DNA from: a virus
Lineage: Duplodnaviria > Caudoviricetes
Reading direction: 5' to 3' (one strand)
DNA length: 64,000 nt
Virus record (IMG/VR): IMGVR_UViG_3300042318_001133
Span: 15,562 to 79,561 of that record
The position numbers were made by a program, and so were the translations under genes. Shown piece by piece: positions 7,861 through 17,594 of this stretch (its first letter is position 1; the number at the start of each line of letters is the position of its first letter). The notes beneath the pieces were generated by a model. It was not told where the DNA came from. It saw only the letters and a program-made list of their open reading frames with translations, and ran no database searches.

Positions 7861-8613
7861 TTAGACTCCTCTCTTGTCTCCATATATTACTACATGAAGT
7901 CGGTCTGTATAATTGTATCCAGATTTGGTACAAAACTCTACTAACCATTTACGATTTTTCTGAAGGGTTTCATTATCCATCCCTTCTGGCATTAGCCAGC
8001 ACTTATCGTTCGGTACATTCAGTTCTTTTTGAAGTACGAGAAATTCTTTCAAAGTCGCCTCATCTGAAATGACTGGCTTTAACTGATAATCTGGATGTGA
8101 TTCGATTAACTGCAGCATCGCTGTAGTGTTCGTTCTCCACTTCTCATGTTGGATCTTATCTTTTTCAGTTACCAGTCGATCTAAGTACGGCATAACAGTT
8201 CCTGGACGCGGTGTTGAATTAGATAGCTTCGGAGAAAGTGAAATGCAATCTGCTGATGTTTGCGCAAATTCAGATCCTTCAGTTTCGATCGTAACGTGAT
8301 GTCCATAAGTCTTCGCAATGCGACAAATTTCTTGCGCCAAATCTGGATTCATTAAAGGACCTCCACCAGTCAACATTGTATGTTTGATTTGAGGATTGTC
8401 TTTGTAGAGTTTGATGACGTCATTTAACGTCGTATTGCCTTTTTCGGGCTTCCAGCTATTATGCCAAGTGTCGCAAAAGCTATTTGCAAATTGACATCTC
8501 AATCGACATCCAGTTGTTCGAATTAGAAGATGAGGAATTCCTGTAAATTTACCTTCACCTTGAACGCATGGATACATTTCATTGATTGGTACGATTTTCT
8601 GATAATCTATCAT
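7861..8613 (-). CDS. queE: 7-carboxy-7-deazaguanine synthase (radical SAM)
   Basis: [41 protein letters not shown]; likely start MIDYQK at 8613. Confidence 0.92.
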   Translation of the reverse strand: MIDYQKIVPINEMYPCVQGEGKFTGIPHLLIRTTGCRLRCQFANSFCDTWHNSWKPEKGNTTLNDVIKLYKDNPQIKHTMLTGGGPLMNPDLAQEICRIAKTYGHHVTIETEGSEFAQTSADCISLSPKLSNSTPRPGTVMPYLDRLVTEKDKIQHEKWRTNTTAMLQLIESHPDYQLKPVISDEATLKEFLVLQKELNVPNDKCWLMPEGMDNETLQKNRKWLVEFCTKSGYNYTDRLHVVIYGDKRGV

Positions 8614-8614
8614 G

Positions 8615-9103
8615 TTACAATGTATTAAATTTCTCTTCACAGTAGATAGCACTATTGCTATCGTTTTCAAAACACTCTACTTTAATCACCTTACAGCGAC
8701 CCGCATCTGTTTTTGATAGTACTTCATTAAACTTATCGAAAACCATCTTAGCACACGACTCTGCACCCATTTTCTCCATAAAATGAACCTTACATACACC
8801 TTCCATCTGCATTGCTTCAAACAAGTCTCTATATGGATCATTTGCTTGAATTAATGTAGTGTGATCCCACATATGATTCATCCAAGACTTTAGACCGTTT
8901 CCTACTGGAGCATCTTTAAATCCTCCAAAATCAACAATCCAATTCATGTCATCTAATTGACGATCAATTTCTGGCTCAACAGAAGCGAACCACACTTTAA
9001 ACTTTAAAGCGTAACCGTGAAGCAATTCACAGTGAGAATGAGAAGCTTTCCATTGACGAATGGCAACTGAATAGTTCTCAAAAATTTTTGTTGAAATAAA
9101 CAT
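8615..9103 (-). CDS. queD: 6-carboxy-5,6,7,8-tetrahydropterin synthase
   Basis: HSHCELLHGY, WIVDFGG, WDHTTL, GAESCA, FENDSNSA. Confidence 0.9.
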   Translation of the reverse strand: MFISTKIFENYSVAIRQWKASHSHCELLHGYALKFKVWFASVEPEIDRQLDDMNWIVDFGGFKDAPVGNGLKSWMNHMWDHTTLIQANDPYRDLFEAMQMEGVCKVHFMEKMGAESCAKMVFDKFNEVLSKTDAGRCKVIKVECFENDSNSAIYCEEKFNTL

Positions 9104-9113
9104 TTACGATTTA

Positions 9114-9605
9114 TTAAATTATACGCGTGACGCTGTCCATCGAGTATGGCTTTAACGATTCACTACCTCTTGGTTTGATAAAGATAACCTTTTTATCGAG
9201 ATGTACTTCGTATATCTCCCCAATTATAATTTGCTCTTCGCAGAACACCTTTACTTCTGCACCTTTTGCGTAGTAATTTTCAACATCTAAATGATGTAGT
9301 GCTTGTTTATCTTTTTCATCACGATAAACGAAATTTGGTAAACCTTTCTCTTGGAAAAGTCTTCTATAGAGCGCTTGCTTGATCTCTGGACTTGTGAAAA
9401 GAGAAGGTAGGACGTTACGCACCGCAATGTCTTGAATCTTTTGCTTTTTGTGAAGCATTACTTTTGTATAGTATGCTTTATCTTTTTGTTTGGGATAGAT
9501 TTTTCGCCTCAACTCTACCGTCAAATACTCAAGTTGAAGAATTTCAAGAAACTCATAAATTGAGAGATGACGAGTTTTCGATGTTGCTATTTTACTATTT
9601 TCCAT
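9114..9605 (-). CDS. hypothetical protein (163 aa)
   Basis: Co-oriented ORF between primase and queD; C-terminal SH3-like beta region possible. Confidence 0.7.
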   Translation of the reverse strand: MENSKIATSKTRHLSIYEFLEILQLEYLTVELRRKIYPKQKDKAYYTKVMLHKKQKIQDIAVRNVLPSLFTSPEIKQALYRRLFQEKGLPNFVYRDEKDKQALHHLDVENYYAKGAEVKVFCEEQIIIGEIYEVHLDKKVIFIKPRGSESLKPYSMDSVTRII

Positions 9606-9607
9606 GA

Positions 9608-10639
9608 TTACAATTTTTTCTGTACTTTATTAATGCTAAAATCAAGCGGTGATTCGAGCGACGCTAAAATTAATAATAATTCTTCTAAATCCAAATCTCC
9701 TGGATCGCAAGTTGAAGTAAATCCAACCTCAACTCGAGAAAATCTTTTAGTTAATTCAAATGCGTACTTTTTACTTGAATCGACTGCATCTGGATCGTAG
9801 AGTAAGATGACGTGATCGATTCCCTTATTGTATAGTTTTTGAATTTGATATTCACTTAACTTTTTACCAAAACTACAAATGCATTTGATGCTGGGATCAC
9901 TATACAATTCAAGCAATTTATCGACATTGGTCTTATCAAAGAAACCCTCCACAATAATGACTACTTCAGTTTCACTAACAATTTCATCAATCCCCATCAA
10001 CAACTTACCAAAGTCTGTATTTACTGAGTTTTGATATCTGATGTGTCGCTGTTTTGATCCCTGCTCCTTTTTCTTGTTATTGTATTGATCTATCCAAGCC
10101 TTTGAACGAATACTTCGACCTACAAACCCTTTACATTCCCCATCCTCTAAAATCAGGGCAACTACATAATCTTTGAAAGATCTCAATAGCGAAGTCCTAC
10201 CGATCTGGTATTGATTAAATTGCTCATCGACAAAGCCTCGCTCGCGCAAATACTCATCTTCAAAGCATCTTCTCCATCCAAGTGGAGGAGTTTTTTTAGG
10301 TACTGAAAGATCTAATGGCTCAACAACAACTCTCGATACACGCTTCTCGATCTTCTTTTCAAGTAAGGATCCAACTGCAACTTCACGTCCGAAGTCGATA
10401 AGGTTTAACTTACCGAGCTTTGCAAAAAGTTTACGGATTCGTCCATTTTCACCGCACTTCTTACATTCCCAAAACCAAGACAAATTATCGCCACGCTCAT
10501 TACGCTTTGTAGTTTCTCTTTGAACGTAGAGGTGATTTGCACTTTCGCAAAATGGACAAGTAGCGACATAGTGCGTTCCTGTTCCATTTTTCGAAACGTC
10601 GGTTAAATTTTCGTAAACGATCGAATCCGTAACTCTCAC
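9608..10639 (-). CDS. DNA primase (Zn-binding + TOPRIM)
   Basis: CPFC...ECKKCG zinc motif; IIVEGFFD and LLYDPDA TOPRIM acidic motifs. Confidence 0.88.
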   Translation of the reverse strand: MRVTDSIVYENLTDVSKNGTGTHYVATCPFCESANHLYVQRETTKRNERGDNLSWFWECKKCGENGRIRKLFAKLGKLNLIDFGREVAVGSLLEKKIEKRVSRVVVEPLDLSVPKKTPPLGWRRCFEDEYLRERGFVDEQFNQYQIGRTSLLRSFKDYVVALILEDGECKGFVGRSIRSKAWIDQYNNKKKEQGSKQRHIRYQNSVNTDFGKLLMGIDEIVSETEVVIIVEGFFDKTNVDKLLELYSDPSIKCICSFGKKLSEYQIQKLYNKGIDHVILLYDPDAVDSSKKYAFELTKRFSRVEVGFTSTCDPGDLDLEELLLILASLESPLDFSINKVQKKL

Positions 10640-11094
10640 TATTTTCCAGTTGAACCAAATCCACCCTCTCCTCGATTCGTGTCTCCTAAAGAGTCAACTT
10701 CCTCTAATTCAATTACTGGGCATGGTAAAATAATTAACTGAACACACTTTTCTCCTACAGCGTATTCTTGTATGTCGAATTGTGCATCTTGATCATTTTC
10801 ATCAAAATTGCGCCACGGCGTTCTTATGAAGCGAGCCTTAACGTCACCTCTATAATCTGAGTCGATAATTCCAACGGAATTCTTCAACATTAAATCCTTT
10901 TTCGTTACAGAGCTACGTGGCACCAACATTCCAAAATAACCTTCTGGAATTTCAACTGCAATGTTTGTATTTATTTCGATAAATTGACTCTCTATCGAAA
11001 TCGATGTTGCGAACAAATCAAATGCCGCAGATCCTACTGTAGACCTTACTGGAGTAACTGCAGCAACGTCTGTTTTTTTAAACTTCAACTTCAT
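10639..11094 (-). CDS. dut: dUTPase (canonical trimeric)
   Basis: AAFDL, PRSS, NSVGIIDSDYRG, VQL, RGEGGFGSTG: all five motifs. Confidence 0.96.
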   Translation of the reverse strand: MKLKFKKTDVAAVTPVRSTVGSAAFDLFATSISIESQFIEINTNIAVEIPEGYFGMLVPRSSVTKKDLMLKNSVGIIDSDYRGDVKARFIRTPWRNFDENDQDAQFDIQEYAVGEKCVQLIILPCPVIELEEVDSLGDTNRGEGGFGSTGK

Positions 11095-11096
11095 AT

Positions 11097-12440
11097 TTAT
11101 TGTGTTAAGATTTCTCTTCTTGTACGTGGAGCGTCATAGAAGCGCTCTCTATCGTAGTTTTGATAGATGTCAATTACTTGACCTCCTTTATATTTTCTCA
11201 TCTTATCGATGTAAAGTCTCATGAAATTATCTTCCTTTTCATCGTCTGTTTGATTCAGTGATACGAAGAATGAGAATGGCTTTATTGCACCTTTAAATTC
11301 AGATACGTTATATCGAGTCATGACGAATTTTGGATCATTCAAAAGATCTGGAGAAACTGTCGATGCTTGAGTACATGAAATAATTCGCGTATCAAACTCT
11401 ACTGCAAGATTCTTTAAACCATCACCAAGAGCCTCTCTACGCTGTCTCTCTTCAGATGGCTTATACTTTACACCGTTACCGGGATTGAATAGTTCCAAGT
11501 AATCCATCAAAATAAGATCCATTTTACCGTGCTCTTTCTCAACACTTTCAACAATAGAGCGAACGTCTAATAACGATGCTGAATTGAATTGCTCGAATGC
11601 CTCAACGAAAATCTCTCCCCCTTGATTTGTGATGTTTTGAATAGCTGTCTGGATCTTTTTATTGGTAATTGAATCAATGTCCCCATATTCAATTGAATGA
11701 AGCTGACATCCCGTCCATGTGGCGTCATATAGGTCGAGACACTCCTTCTTCGTCCCCTCTGCTTGAAGGTGAAGTACTTTGAAACCAAGACGTGAGGCAT
11801 TGACTCCGATCCATTTCAATAATTTAGACTTTCCAACTCCCGATTGAGCAAGGAAAAGTGCAATATCGCCTCTATTAATTCCTCCTTTAGATAGTCGATC
11901 TAATTCATCGATTCCAAAAGGAACTTTTTCAGTATCTGCCCCATTGTCGGATTCCTTACTTAACAGTCTTCGATCGAATCGCTCATTATATCCTTCAAAG
12001 ATCTTTTCATAGTAGTTTGCCTTTAAAGAAAATGCATTGATTTTGTCAGAAGCCTCCATCAATATCTTATATGCTTTATCTTTATCGCCACTATTATAGA
12101 CATCACCTAAAGAATCGTACATATCAACAAACATAGCCTGCTTAACGTACTTTTCAAGTTGTTGCATTACTAATTCGCGATCTGGTAAGTCTGCATCTCG
12201 AACCTTTCCAATCAACTCAATTACGCCACGATCAGTTTCATTTTGTTGTGCTAAAATTCCAAAAGATGGTAATTTACGAGTTGCTGAGAATGTATCTGTG
12301 ATCGACTTCCAAAGTTGCTTATAGCTTTCGTTCGGTAGATAGGTAAATTTTAAGTGCTCCCTACAAGCTTCAAGTACCTCTCTACTACGTAGCGAGCTTT
12401 TGAAGAGTTCAAGTAAAAAGTGTTCTGACAAACGATCCAT
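11097..12440 (-). CDS. DnaB-like replicative helicase
   Basis: Walker A AQSGVGKS, LQAEG, ILMDYLEL, LKNLAVE, CTQ. Confidence 0.9.
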   Translation of the reverse strand: MDRLSEHFLLELFKSSLRSREVLEACREHLKFTYLPNESYKQLWKSITDTFSATRKLPSFGILAQQNETDRGVIELIGKVRDADLPDRELVMQQLEKYVKQAMFVDMYDSLGDVYNSGDKDKAYKILMEASDKINAFSLKANYYEKIFEGYNERFDRRLLSKESDNGADTEKVPFGIDELDRLSKGGINRGDIALFLAQSGVGKSKLLKWIGVNASRLGFKVLHLQAEGTKKECLDLYDATWTGCQLHSIEYGDIDSITNKKIQTAIQNITNQGGEIFVEAFEQFNSASLLDVRSIVESVEKEHGKMDLILMDYLELFNPGNGVKYKPSEERQRREALGDGLKNLAVEFDTRIISCTQASTVSPDLLNDPKFVMTRYNVSEFKGAIKPFSFFVSLNQTDDEKEDNFMRLYIDKMRKYKGGQVIDIYQNYDRERFYDAPRTRREILTQ

Positions 12441-12461
12441 TATGTTTACGATTTTTTATAA

Positions 12462-12480
12462 AGATATACTTTCTACATGA
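12462..12480 (-). promoter_or_regulatory. operator half-site/promoter upstream of helicase
   Basis: Minus strand tcatgtag-aaa-GTATATCT-ttata; only the downstream half matches the consensus. Confidence 0.4.
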
Positions 12481-14167
12481 AAGAGAAGTCAAAATCTTGC
12501 CTAATATATTTTGCTGCTCTTATTGAAATCCATAGAGACATCGCACAATCGTCGTGTTCACCTACGCCCTCTAATTTTCCTTTATCGGTAAATGTCATCG
12601 ATGCAAGTTCGCCACAGATCAAGTCTGTAATGTCTTTACTCTTTTGATCGCCTCTCGGAAATCTCATACGACCTTGCTCAAATAATACTGCAAGAGCAGG
12701 TACTCCATTTTCAAGATTGTATTTGTTAATTCCGGTAGTGTGTGATACGACTGGCAAGTTGGCATCCTTCATCATTTGAATAAAGATCTTCTGCATGGCA
12801 TTATCTTCTGCCATGATAATGTCAGGACGATAATCTGAATTAAGTCGCTTAATTGCAGCCATTTGCTCGTTATATGTAGCACCTTTTTCTCTCCAGATAT
12901 TCAATAACCAGAATTGCTCTAAATCATCGACACCTATTACTGTAAATACCGAATAATCGGCACCTACAGATGCTGAAATTGCAAAGTCACACCCAATAAC
13001 TACTTTCGTAAATTTCTTTTGAGAGCTGACGATGTTGGGAGCGAGCGTTACAGTATCCATTCCCAAGAAAGCTCTCTCTAAAATTGGCCATGGGAAGATT
13101 GACGATTCATTCGATACTGGACGTACCAAAATCTCTCTTGAGAATACTAACGAACCTTGCGTTTCTTTCTTTTCAAGCAATCCCGCCAAACTATGTCGTC
13201 CTGCCCATAAAACCTCTCCATTTGGAAACAGTGCTGGATATTCAAATACCTTCCAACCTCTCTTAGCCTTTAAATCTGCATATAGATCTGCTTCGTGGAA
13301 TGGCGTACCTACAGTAACTACCTGACCTCCAGGCACAATCATGTTCATGATTACGGAGTGCATAAAGTCGATATACTTATCTCTTTGCTCTTTCGAATAC
13401 ATATTTGATTCATTCAAGAAGTCATCGACAACCATATATCCAGGGTGAAATCCACGCATCTTTGATCCGTACGATTTGATAATCAAACTTGCACCATTTT
13501 TACACTTAATACCTTCCTTACCCCATCCTTCAGTTTTTTGATCTGGCATCAAGATTGGATTGAGAATATCGTTACTCTCAATTTCTTCACGTATAAGGCC
13601 AAGTAAGTGTTTCGCAAGGCCAAACTCATTTGTAACAAGAATTCCCTCCTTAGATAGCTTATATTCCTTTGGTGCACGCGTTAGAGAGGTATCTTTCGCA
13701 TAACGATACATCTTCCATAGAGGATATGCTTTTGAGAATGTGAATGATTTTGAGTGATCTCGACTTGCAATAATACATAGATACTTATAAATCTGCACCA
13801 AATTGCCCCATTCGATGTGATGCCAATTCATTTCAAAGTCGGGCAAACATGAAGTGATGAAGTAATTGAAACTCAATTTACGCATAGTGTCTTCTACACT
13901 TTCAGTCAGCTTATCAAGATAGCCGAAAGATGCAGTCTTTACTTTACCCGTATGTGAATGAAGTACTGAATTAGTTTCTGTCGCTAATCCCAGCAGAATG
14001 CCATCTAAATCTTTCTCATTTCCCGACAATAGTTCAGTCAAAGCCTCTTCGTCGAGATCGTTAATTATACGTTCCACGTAATCGTAGACGTTCGTCAACT
14101 GATCTAACGTCAATGGTGCTTTTGAGAAGAATGGTAAAGATGCGGGAGTAAATAAATCCCTACCCAT
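12473..14167 (-). CDS. terminase large subunit
   Basis: ASRDHSKS Walker A, VVDDFLNE Walker B, VGTPFH, IGCDFA and HDDCAMS nuclease acids. Confidence 0.93.
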   Translation of the reverse strand: MGRDLFTPASLPFFSKAPLTLDQLTNVYDYVERIINDLDEEALTELLSGNEKDLDGILLGLATETNSVLHSHTGKVKTASFGYLDKLTESVEDTMRKLSFNYFITSCLPDFEMNWHHIEWGNLVQIYKYLCIIASRDHSKSFTFSKAYPLWKMYRYAKDTSLTRAPKEYKLSKEGILVTNEFGLAKHLLGLIREEIESNDILNPILMPDQKTEGWGKEGIKCKNGASLIIKSYGSKMRGFHPGYMVVDDFLNESNMYSKEQRDKYIDFMHSVIMNMIVPGGQVVTVGTPFHEADLYADLKAKRGWKVFEYPALFPNGEVLWAGRHSLAGLLEKKETQGSLVFSREILVRPVSNESSIFPWPILERAFLGMDTVTLAPNIVSSQKKFTKVVIGCDFAISASVGADYSVFTVIGVDDLEQFWLLNIWREKGATYNEQMAAIKRLNSDYRPDIIMAEDNAMQKIFIQMMKDANLPVVSHTTGINKYNLENGVPALAVLFEQGRMRFPRGDQKSKDITDLICGELASMTFTDKGKLEGVGEHDDCAMSLWISIRAAKYIRQDFDFSFM

Positions 14168-14451
14168 TATACTTTTCTGTTTTGACTTTTAGCACGCTCC
14201 AGTGGTGTTAGAGATATTCTATATCGCCCACCCTCTGCTCGTATCAAATTATATGCTTTCAATACCGGAATATCGAAACTTTCAAGAGTTTCTGAATGTT
14301 GAGTAACTTTCTTTAACTCTTTCAAAGTAAACCATTTTCGTCCAAATTTTGAACGTATTTGAAGTGCTAAAGCTGCAGCCGTTTTTTGATTTTCAGCATC
14401 TGCCAAAAAAGCCTTCAAGTCTTCTTGAGTGATTTCTTGATATTGGTCCAT
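14167..14451 (-). CDS. hypothetical protein, possibly winged-helix
   Basis: 94-aa ORF coupled to terL. Confidence 0.55.
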   Translation of the reverse strand: MDQYQEITQEDLKAFLADAENQKTAAALALQIRSKFGRKWFTLKELKKVTQHSETLESFDIPVLKAYNLIRAEGGRYRISLTPLERAKSQNRKV

Positions 14452-14456
14452 AATCT

Positions 14457-15080
14457 TTAAAATTTGAATGTTGATCTTTGCGTTTTCGTAGATACACTTT
14501 CACGTGCAACAGATCCCTCTCCACCTACCTGACGCAATGCCATTGTATATTGAATGAAGAGTTGTTTCAATGCTTCAACGTCATCCATCGCTCTATGGGC
14601 ATTTACTATTTCGATTCCAGATCTTTCACACGCTACACTTAATTTATGTATCGGCTTATCTGCATCTTTTAATCGACTCCAATGTATCGTATCAATAAAT
14701 ATCGGATCTACTAAAGCGTAAAGATTTTGCTCTGCACAGTGAAATGCAAACTCTAACATTCCCTGATCAAATGCAGCATTGTGTGCAATTAATACAGGTT
14801 TTAGACGTCCTTTACGTTTCATAGCCTTCAAAAAGACTGTCAGTTGTTTAATAAACTCTTTCAACTGTACGCCAGAATGGATCATATCCATCGTAATTCC
14901 AGTTAATTCCAGAGCCTTTGGCTCATAAATCATTCCTCCGTAAGGAGCAATAAAAGTTTCAAATCGACCTATCTCTTTAAAGTCTTCGCCCTGGAAGGCG
15001 ATAAATGCGATCTCTGTGATTGGATTCTTTTCAGGATCTAACCCTCCAGTCTCACAATCGAATACGATGTAATTGTTCAT
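14457..15080 (-). CDS. DEDDh 3'-5' exonuclease (DnaQ/epsilon-like)
   Basis: VFDCETGG, AHNAAFD, HRAMDDV. Confidence 0.92.
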   Translation of the reverse strand: MNNYIVFDCETGGLDPEKNPITEIAFIAFQGEDFKEIGRFETFIAPYGGMIYEPKALELTGITMDMIHSGVQLKEFIKQLTVFLKAMKRKGRLKPVLIAHNAAFDQGMLEFAFHCAEQNLYALVDPIFIDTIHWSRLKDADKPIHKLSVACERSGIEIVNAHRAMDDVEALKQLFIQYTMALRQVGGEGSVARESVSTKTQRSTFKF

Positions 15081-15082
15081 TT

Positions 15083-15346
15083 TTACGATTTTTTACTTGG
15101 TTTACTTTTTAGTCTTAAAATTTTAATACCAATCGCATCTTCTTCAATCACCTCAATTAATTTGCCGCCATACTGTCTTGGAATGGATCCACGCATTGTG
15201 TATTGCTGTACATCTCTAATTGTAAATTGATTGCCGCTCGATTTGGCTTGGTAGTTTTCATTTAACCAACGCACAAGTGCCGATGGAGTAAAGTCTGACT
15301 CCTTATTAAGTACTATTTTCTTCTTAACGTGCTCTGTTTCTGACAT
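15083..15346 (-). CDS. hypothetical protein, possible HTH
   Basis: 87-aa basic ORF; helix pattern FTPSALVRWLNE...FTIRDVQQYTMRG. Confidence 0.55.
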   Translation of the reverse strand: MSETEHVKKKIVLNKESDFTPSALVRWLNENYQAKSSGNQFTIRDVQQYTMRGSIPRQYGGKLIEVIEEDAIGIKILRLKSKPSKKS

Positions 15347-15359
15347 GGTTTCCTTTGCT

Positions 15360-15848
15360 TTACAAAAATCTAATGTTAGTAAACTCTCTCAAGCGTTCTC
15401 TTAATCGAGCAACTTCTTGATTTCTTTCATCTGCTGAGGAGAATTCAACTTCAGCGTTTGCAAATGCAATTTTCGATCCTTCGTCTCTATTTATGATCAG
15501 TCTATAGTTTGGTTTTTGCCTCTTCATGTCGTATGAATCAATCGGTTGAATTGAAACCAATAATCCTACGCGCATGGTAAGTGTCTTTATGGTAATAAAG
15601 TCGATCGTTGCCGATACAGGCTCCTTCCCTTGAAAAGCATCGTTGAAGTTCTGTAATTCACTCAATACATCTCCATCGTCTTCTTGTTTCCATTTCGATA
15701 ATATTGCAGTAAATTCCTTATTCCCTAAACGCTTCGCGATTGTCGTTACATATTCAATAATTTCAGCATCGATGATAGATATCGGTCTTATTCCATCCTC
15801 ATCTTCATGAGCGTAATCACTACTCGCCTCAATTAAGTGCCTTTTCAT
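15360..15848 (-). CDS. hypothetical protein (162 aa)
   Basis: First gene after promoter site D. Confidence 0.65.
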   Translation of the reverse strand: MKRHLIEASSDYAHEDEDGIRPISIIDAEIIEYVTTIAKRLGNKEFTAILSKWKQEDDGDVLSELQNFNDAFQGKEPVSATIDFITIKTLTMRVGLLVSIQPIDSYDMKRQKPNYRLIINRDEGSKIAFANAEVEFSSADERNQEVARLRERLREFTNIRFL

Positions 15849-15867
15849 TCGTTATAAATATATATTG

Positions 15868-15888
15868 TAAATGTACTCCTTATATCTT
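15868..15888 (-). promoter_or_regulatory. promoter/operator site D
   Basis: Minus strand aAGATATAA-gga-GTACATTTA; an extra TATATTTA lies at 15854..15861. Confidence 0.55.
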
Positions 15889-15908
15889 TTCAAGAAAGTG
15901 AATTCGCC

Positions 15909-16415
15909 CTATCTTGTGATAAGTGAATAATATTCAAAATCTATTCTCTTGATATATAGCATGTTAGATTCAAAGTCATGCAGTAGCATTTTTTCATCTA
16001 AAGTACCGTGCTCCCATACATCGTGACACCCTTTTATCTCTCCGATTGAAAGGCAGTGATATGTTAAATTGTCGATATCTGCCTCTAAATCTTTTCTTCT
16101 GGATCGAGGAATGAGATGTGAATGTGAAAGTCTTTGAGTTGTACCGCAGCCCGTACATGCATGTATTCTGGTGCGAGCCATTTGCTGATAAGTTTCCTTA
16201 ATCTGCAAATTCAACATCTTCTGCTTTTCCGATATCTGTTTTGGCTTTTTTACCGATTTCATTAACTGTGTACGTTGCAATTGTCTTTGATTTGTAAATG
16301 AATCATTTTCTGGATGTAATCTTGCTGTATTGCACTCATTACACAGTCCATGTTTACGATTTACTATGGGCTTATCTTTTGAGCACCCTTTACATTCTTC
16401 AATTTTTAGCTGCAT
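15909..16415 (-). CDS. Zn-finger + HNH-type endonuclease (NinG/Rap-like)
   Basis: ECKGC...LCNEC; CTGCG...SHSHLIPRS...NLTYHC...GCH. Confidence 0.7.
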   Translation of the reverse strand: MQLKIEECKGCSKDKPIVNRKHGLCNECNTARLHPENDSFTNQRQLQRTQLMKSVKKPKQISEKQKMLNLQIKETYQQMARTRIHACTGCGTTQRLSHSHLIPRSRRKDLEADIDNLTYHCLSIGEIKGCHDVWEHGTLDEKMLLHDFESNMLYIKRIDFEYYSLITR

Positions 16416-16995
16416 AACCTCTTTGTAAATAAAGTGATGGATACATTTTCTTCAATAGATTCTTACACGTTGTGCGAGATTTACAAGTCAAGCACCACTT
16501 ACTTCTTTTATTGAAAAGTGTTGTATTTTCAACGCAATAACCAATTCTCGCTTCATCTAATTTGAAGCGTTCTTTTATTGCCTCCTCATTAGGAAAAAGA
16601 GCAAGGGCATCGTGTCGTGTGTTTTTGATAGGAAAGATGGCTTCTAAGTGGATAGAATATGGAATTAAGATCTTTTGCCGAACAATAAAAGAAGATCCCT
16701 CAGAACGAAGATTCCAACGCTCTATTGCCTTTGGTCCAATTAGCCAATTCAACATGACAGTTTTACCAAACTGTGTGTCGTTCTTTTCAAACCATCTTAA
16801 ATATTGATATGAGAAGTAATCTAACAGAAAATGTTTTCCTATTGATTTTAAGCGATACTCAGATGCCAGTCGATCGATAAAGTTATCGATCATGGCATTC
16901 TGTTTATCTGTAGGTAGAAATTTCCAATGAGGTCTATTGTCAATCTTGCGACTGAGATGTTCGTATAGCGTAACAATATCCTCTCTTAATTCCAT
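16399..16995 (-). CDS. hypothetical protein with C-terminal Cys cluster
   Basis: C-x13-CLTC-x5-C near the C-terminus; first gene after site E. Confidence 0.65.
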   Translation of the reverse strand: MELREDIVTLYEHLSRKIDNRPHWKFLPTDKQNAMIDNFIDRLASEYRLKSIGKHFLLDYFSYQYLRWFEKNDTQFGKTVMLNWLIGPKAIERWNLRSEGSSFIVRQKILIPYSIHLEAIFPIKNTRHDALALFPNEEAIKERFKLDEARIGYCVENTTLFNKRSKWCLTCKSRTTCKNLLKKMYPSLYLQRGYAAKN

Positions 16996-17010
16996 TTATC
17001 TATTTTTCGA

Positions 17011-17041
17011 TAAATATACAAAGGATATTTCTATATTACAA
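17011..17041 (-). promoter_or_regulatory. promoter/operator site E
   Basis: Minus strand TTTG-taatata-gAAATATCC-ttt-GTATATTTATCGAAAA (TTG-N20-TATATTTA). Confidence 0.6.
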
Positions 17042-17042
17042 A

Positions 17043-17594
17043 TTAGGTCCAGTCAAAGTGCCAAACGATTGGATCTTCTTGTTCAGTTAAGGGTGCTGCT
17101 GCCAATGCTGCTGCTGAGTAATATGTAGATTGAATGTTCGGTTTTAGAGTCATTCTCAACCAAATCCCCAACATTGCTCCTGCGGCGAGGTTTCCTAAAC
17201 TTACTGCAGTGCCTATCGAATTTGCAGTATAGAAAGTTGCTCCAATTGGCGTACCTCGCATACTGGTAATCTTTTCCATTGAAAATTGATGCGGAGTACA
17301 TAAGACGTTTTCAGTCAATGCAACTGCAGCGATCTCGATATTGACAAATGGATGTGTTGCCAGATTTTCAAACCAAGTAGTTAATCCGGTAGCAGCAGAT
17401 CCTTCGTTTTTAATGACAAGTGCCTTAGTTTCTCTGAAGTTATTTTCAATTGTATATGCGCTAATTTCACCAAAGAGATTTCCGATTAAATCGTTTGGTA
17501 TCGGAGATGAGGATACGAAACCTCCTAAAGATTTATCTTTATCTATTTGAGCAGCCATGTAAGAGTCTGCTCCCGTAAAGTAGTAATTTATCAT
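17043..17594 (-). CDS. putative virion protein (183 aa)
   Basis: Beta-rich, last gene of the tail block. Confidence 0.55.
   Translation of the reverse strand: MINYYFTGADSYMAAQIDKDKSLGGFVSSSPIPNDLIGNLFGEISAYTIENNFRETKALVIKNEGSAATGLTTWFENLATHPFVNIEIAAVALTENVLCTPHQFSMEKITSMRGTPIGATFYTANSIGTAVSLGNLAAGAMLGIWLRMTLKPNIQSTYYSAAALAAAPLTEQEDPIVWHFDWT

Noticed and set aside
7819-7948. Extended folE N-terminus given by the track (start 7948)
   Set aside because: It overlaps queE by 88 nt and crosses an AT-rich gap with a promoter-like TAATTTTG; ATG at 7819 is more plausible
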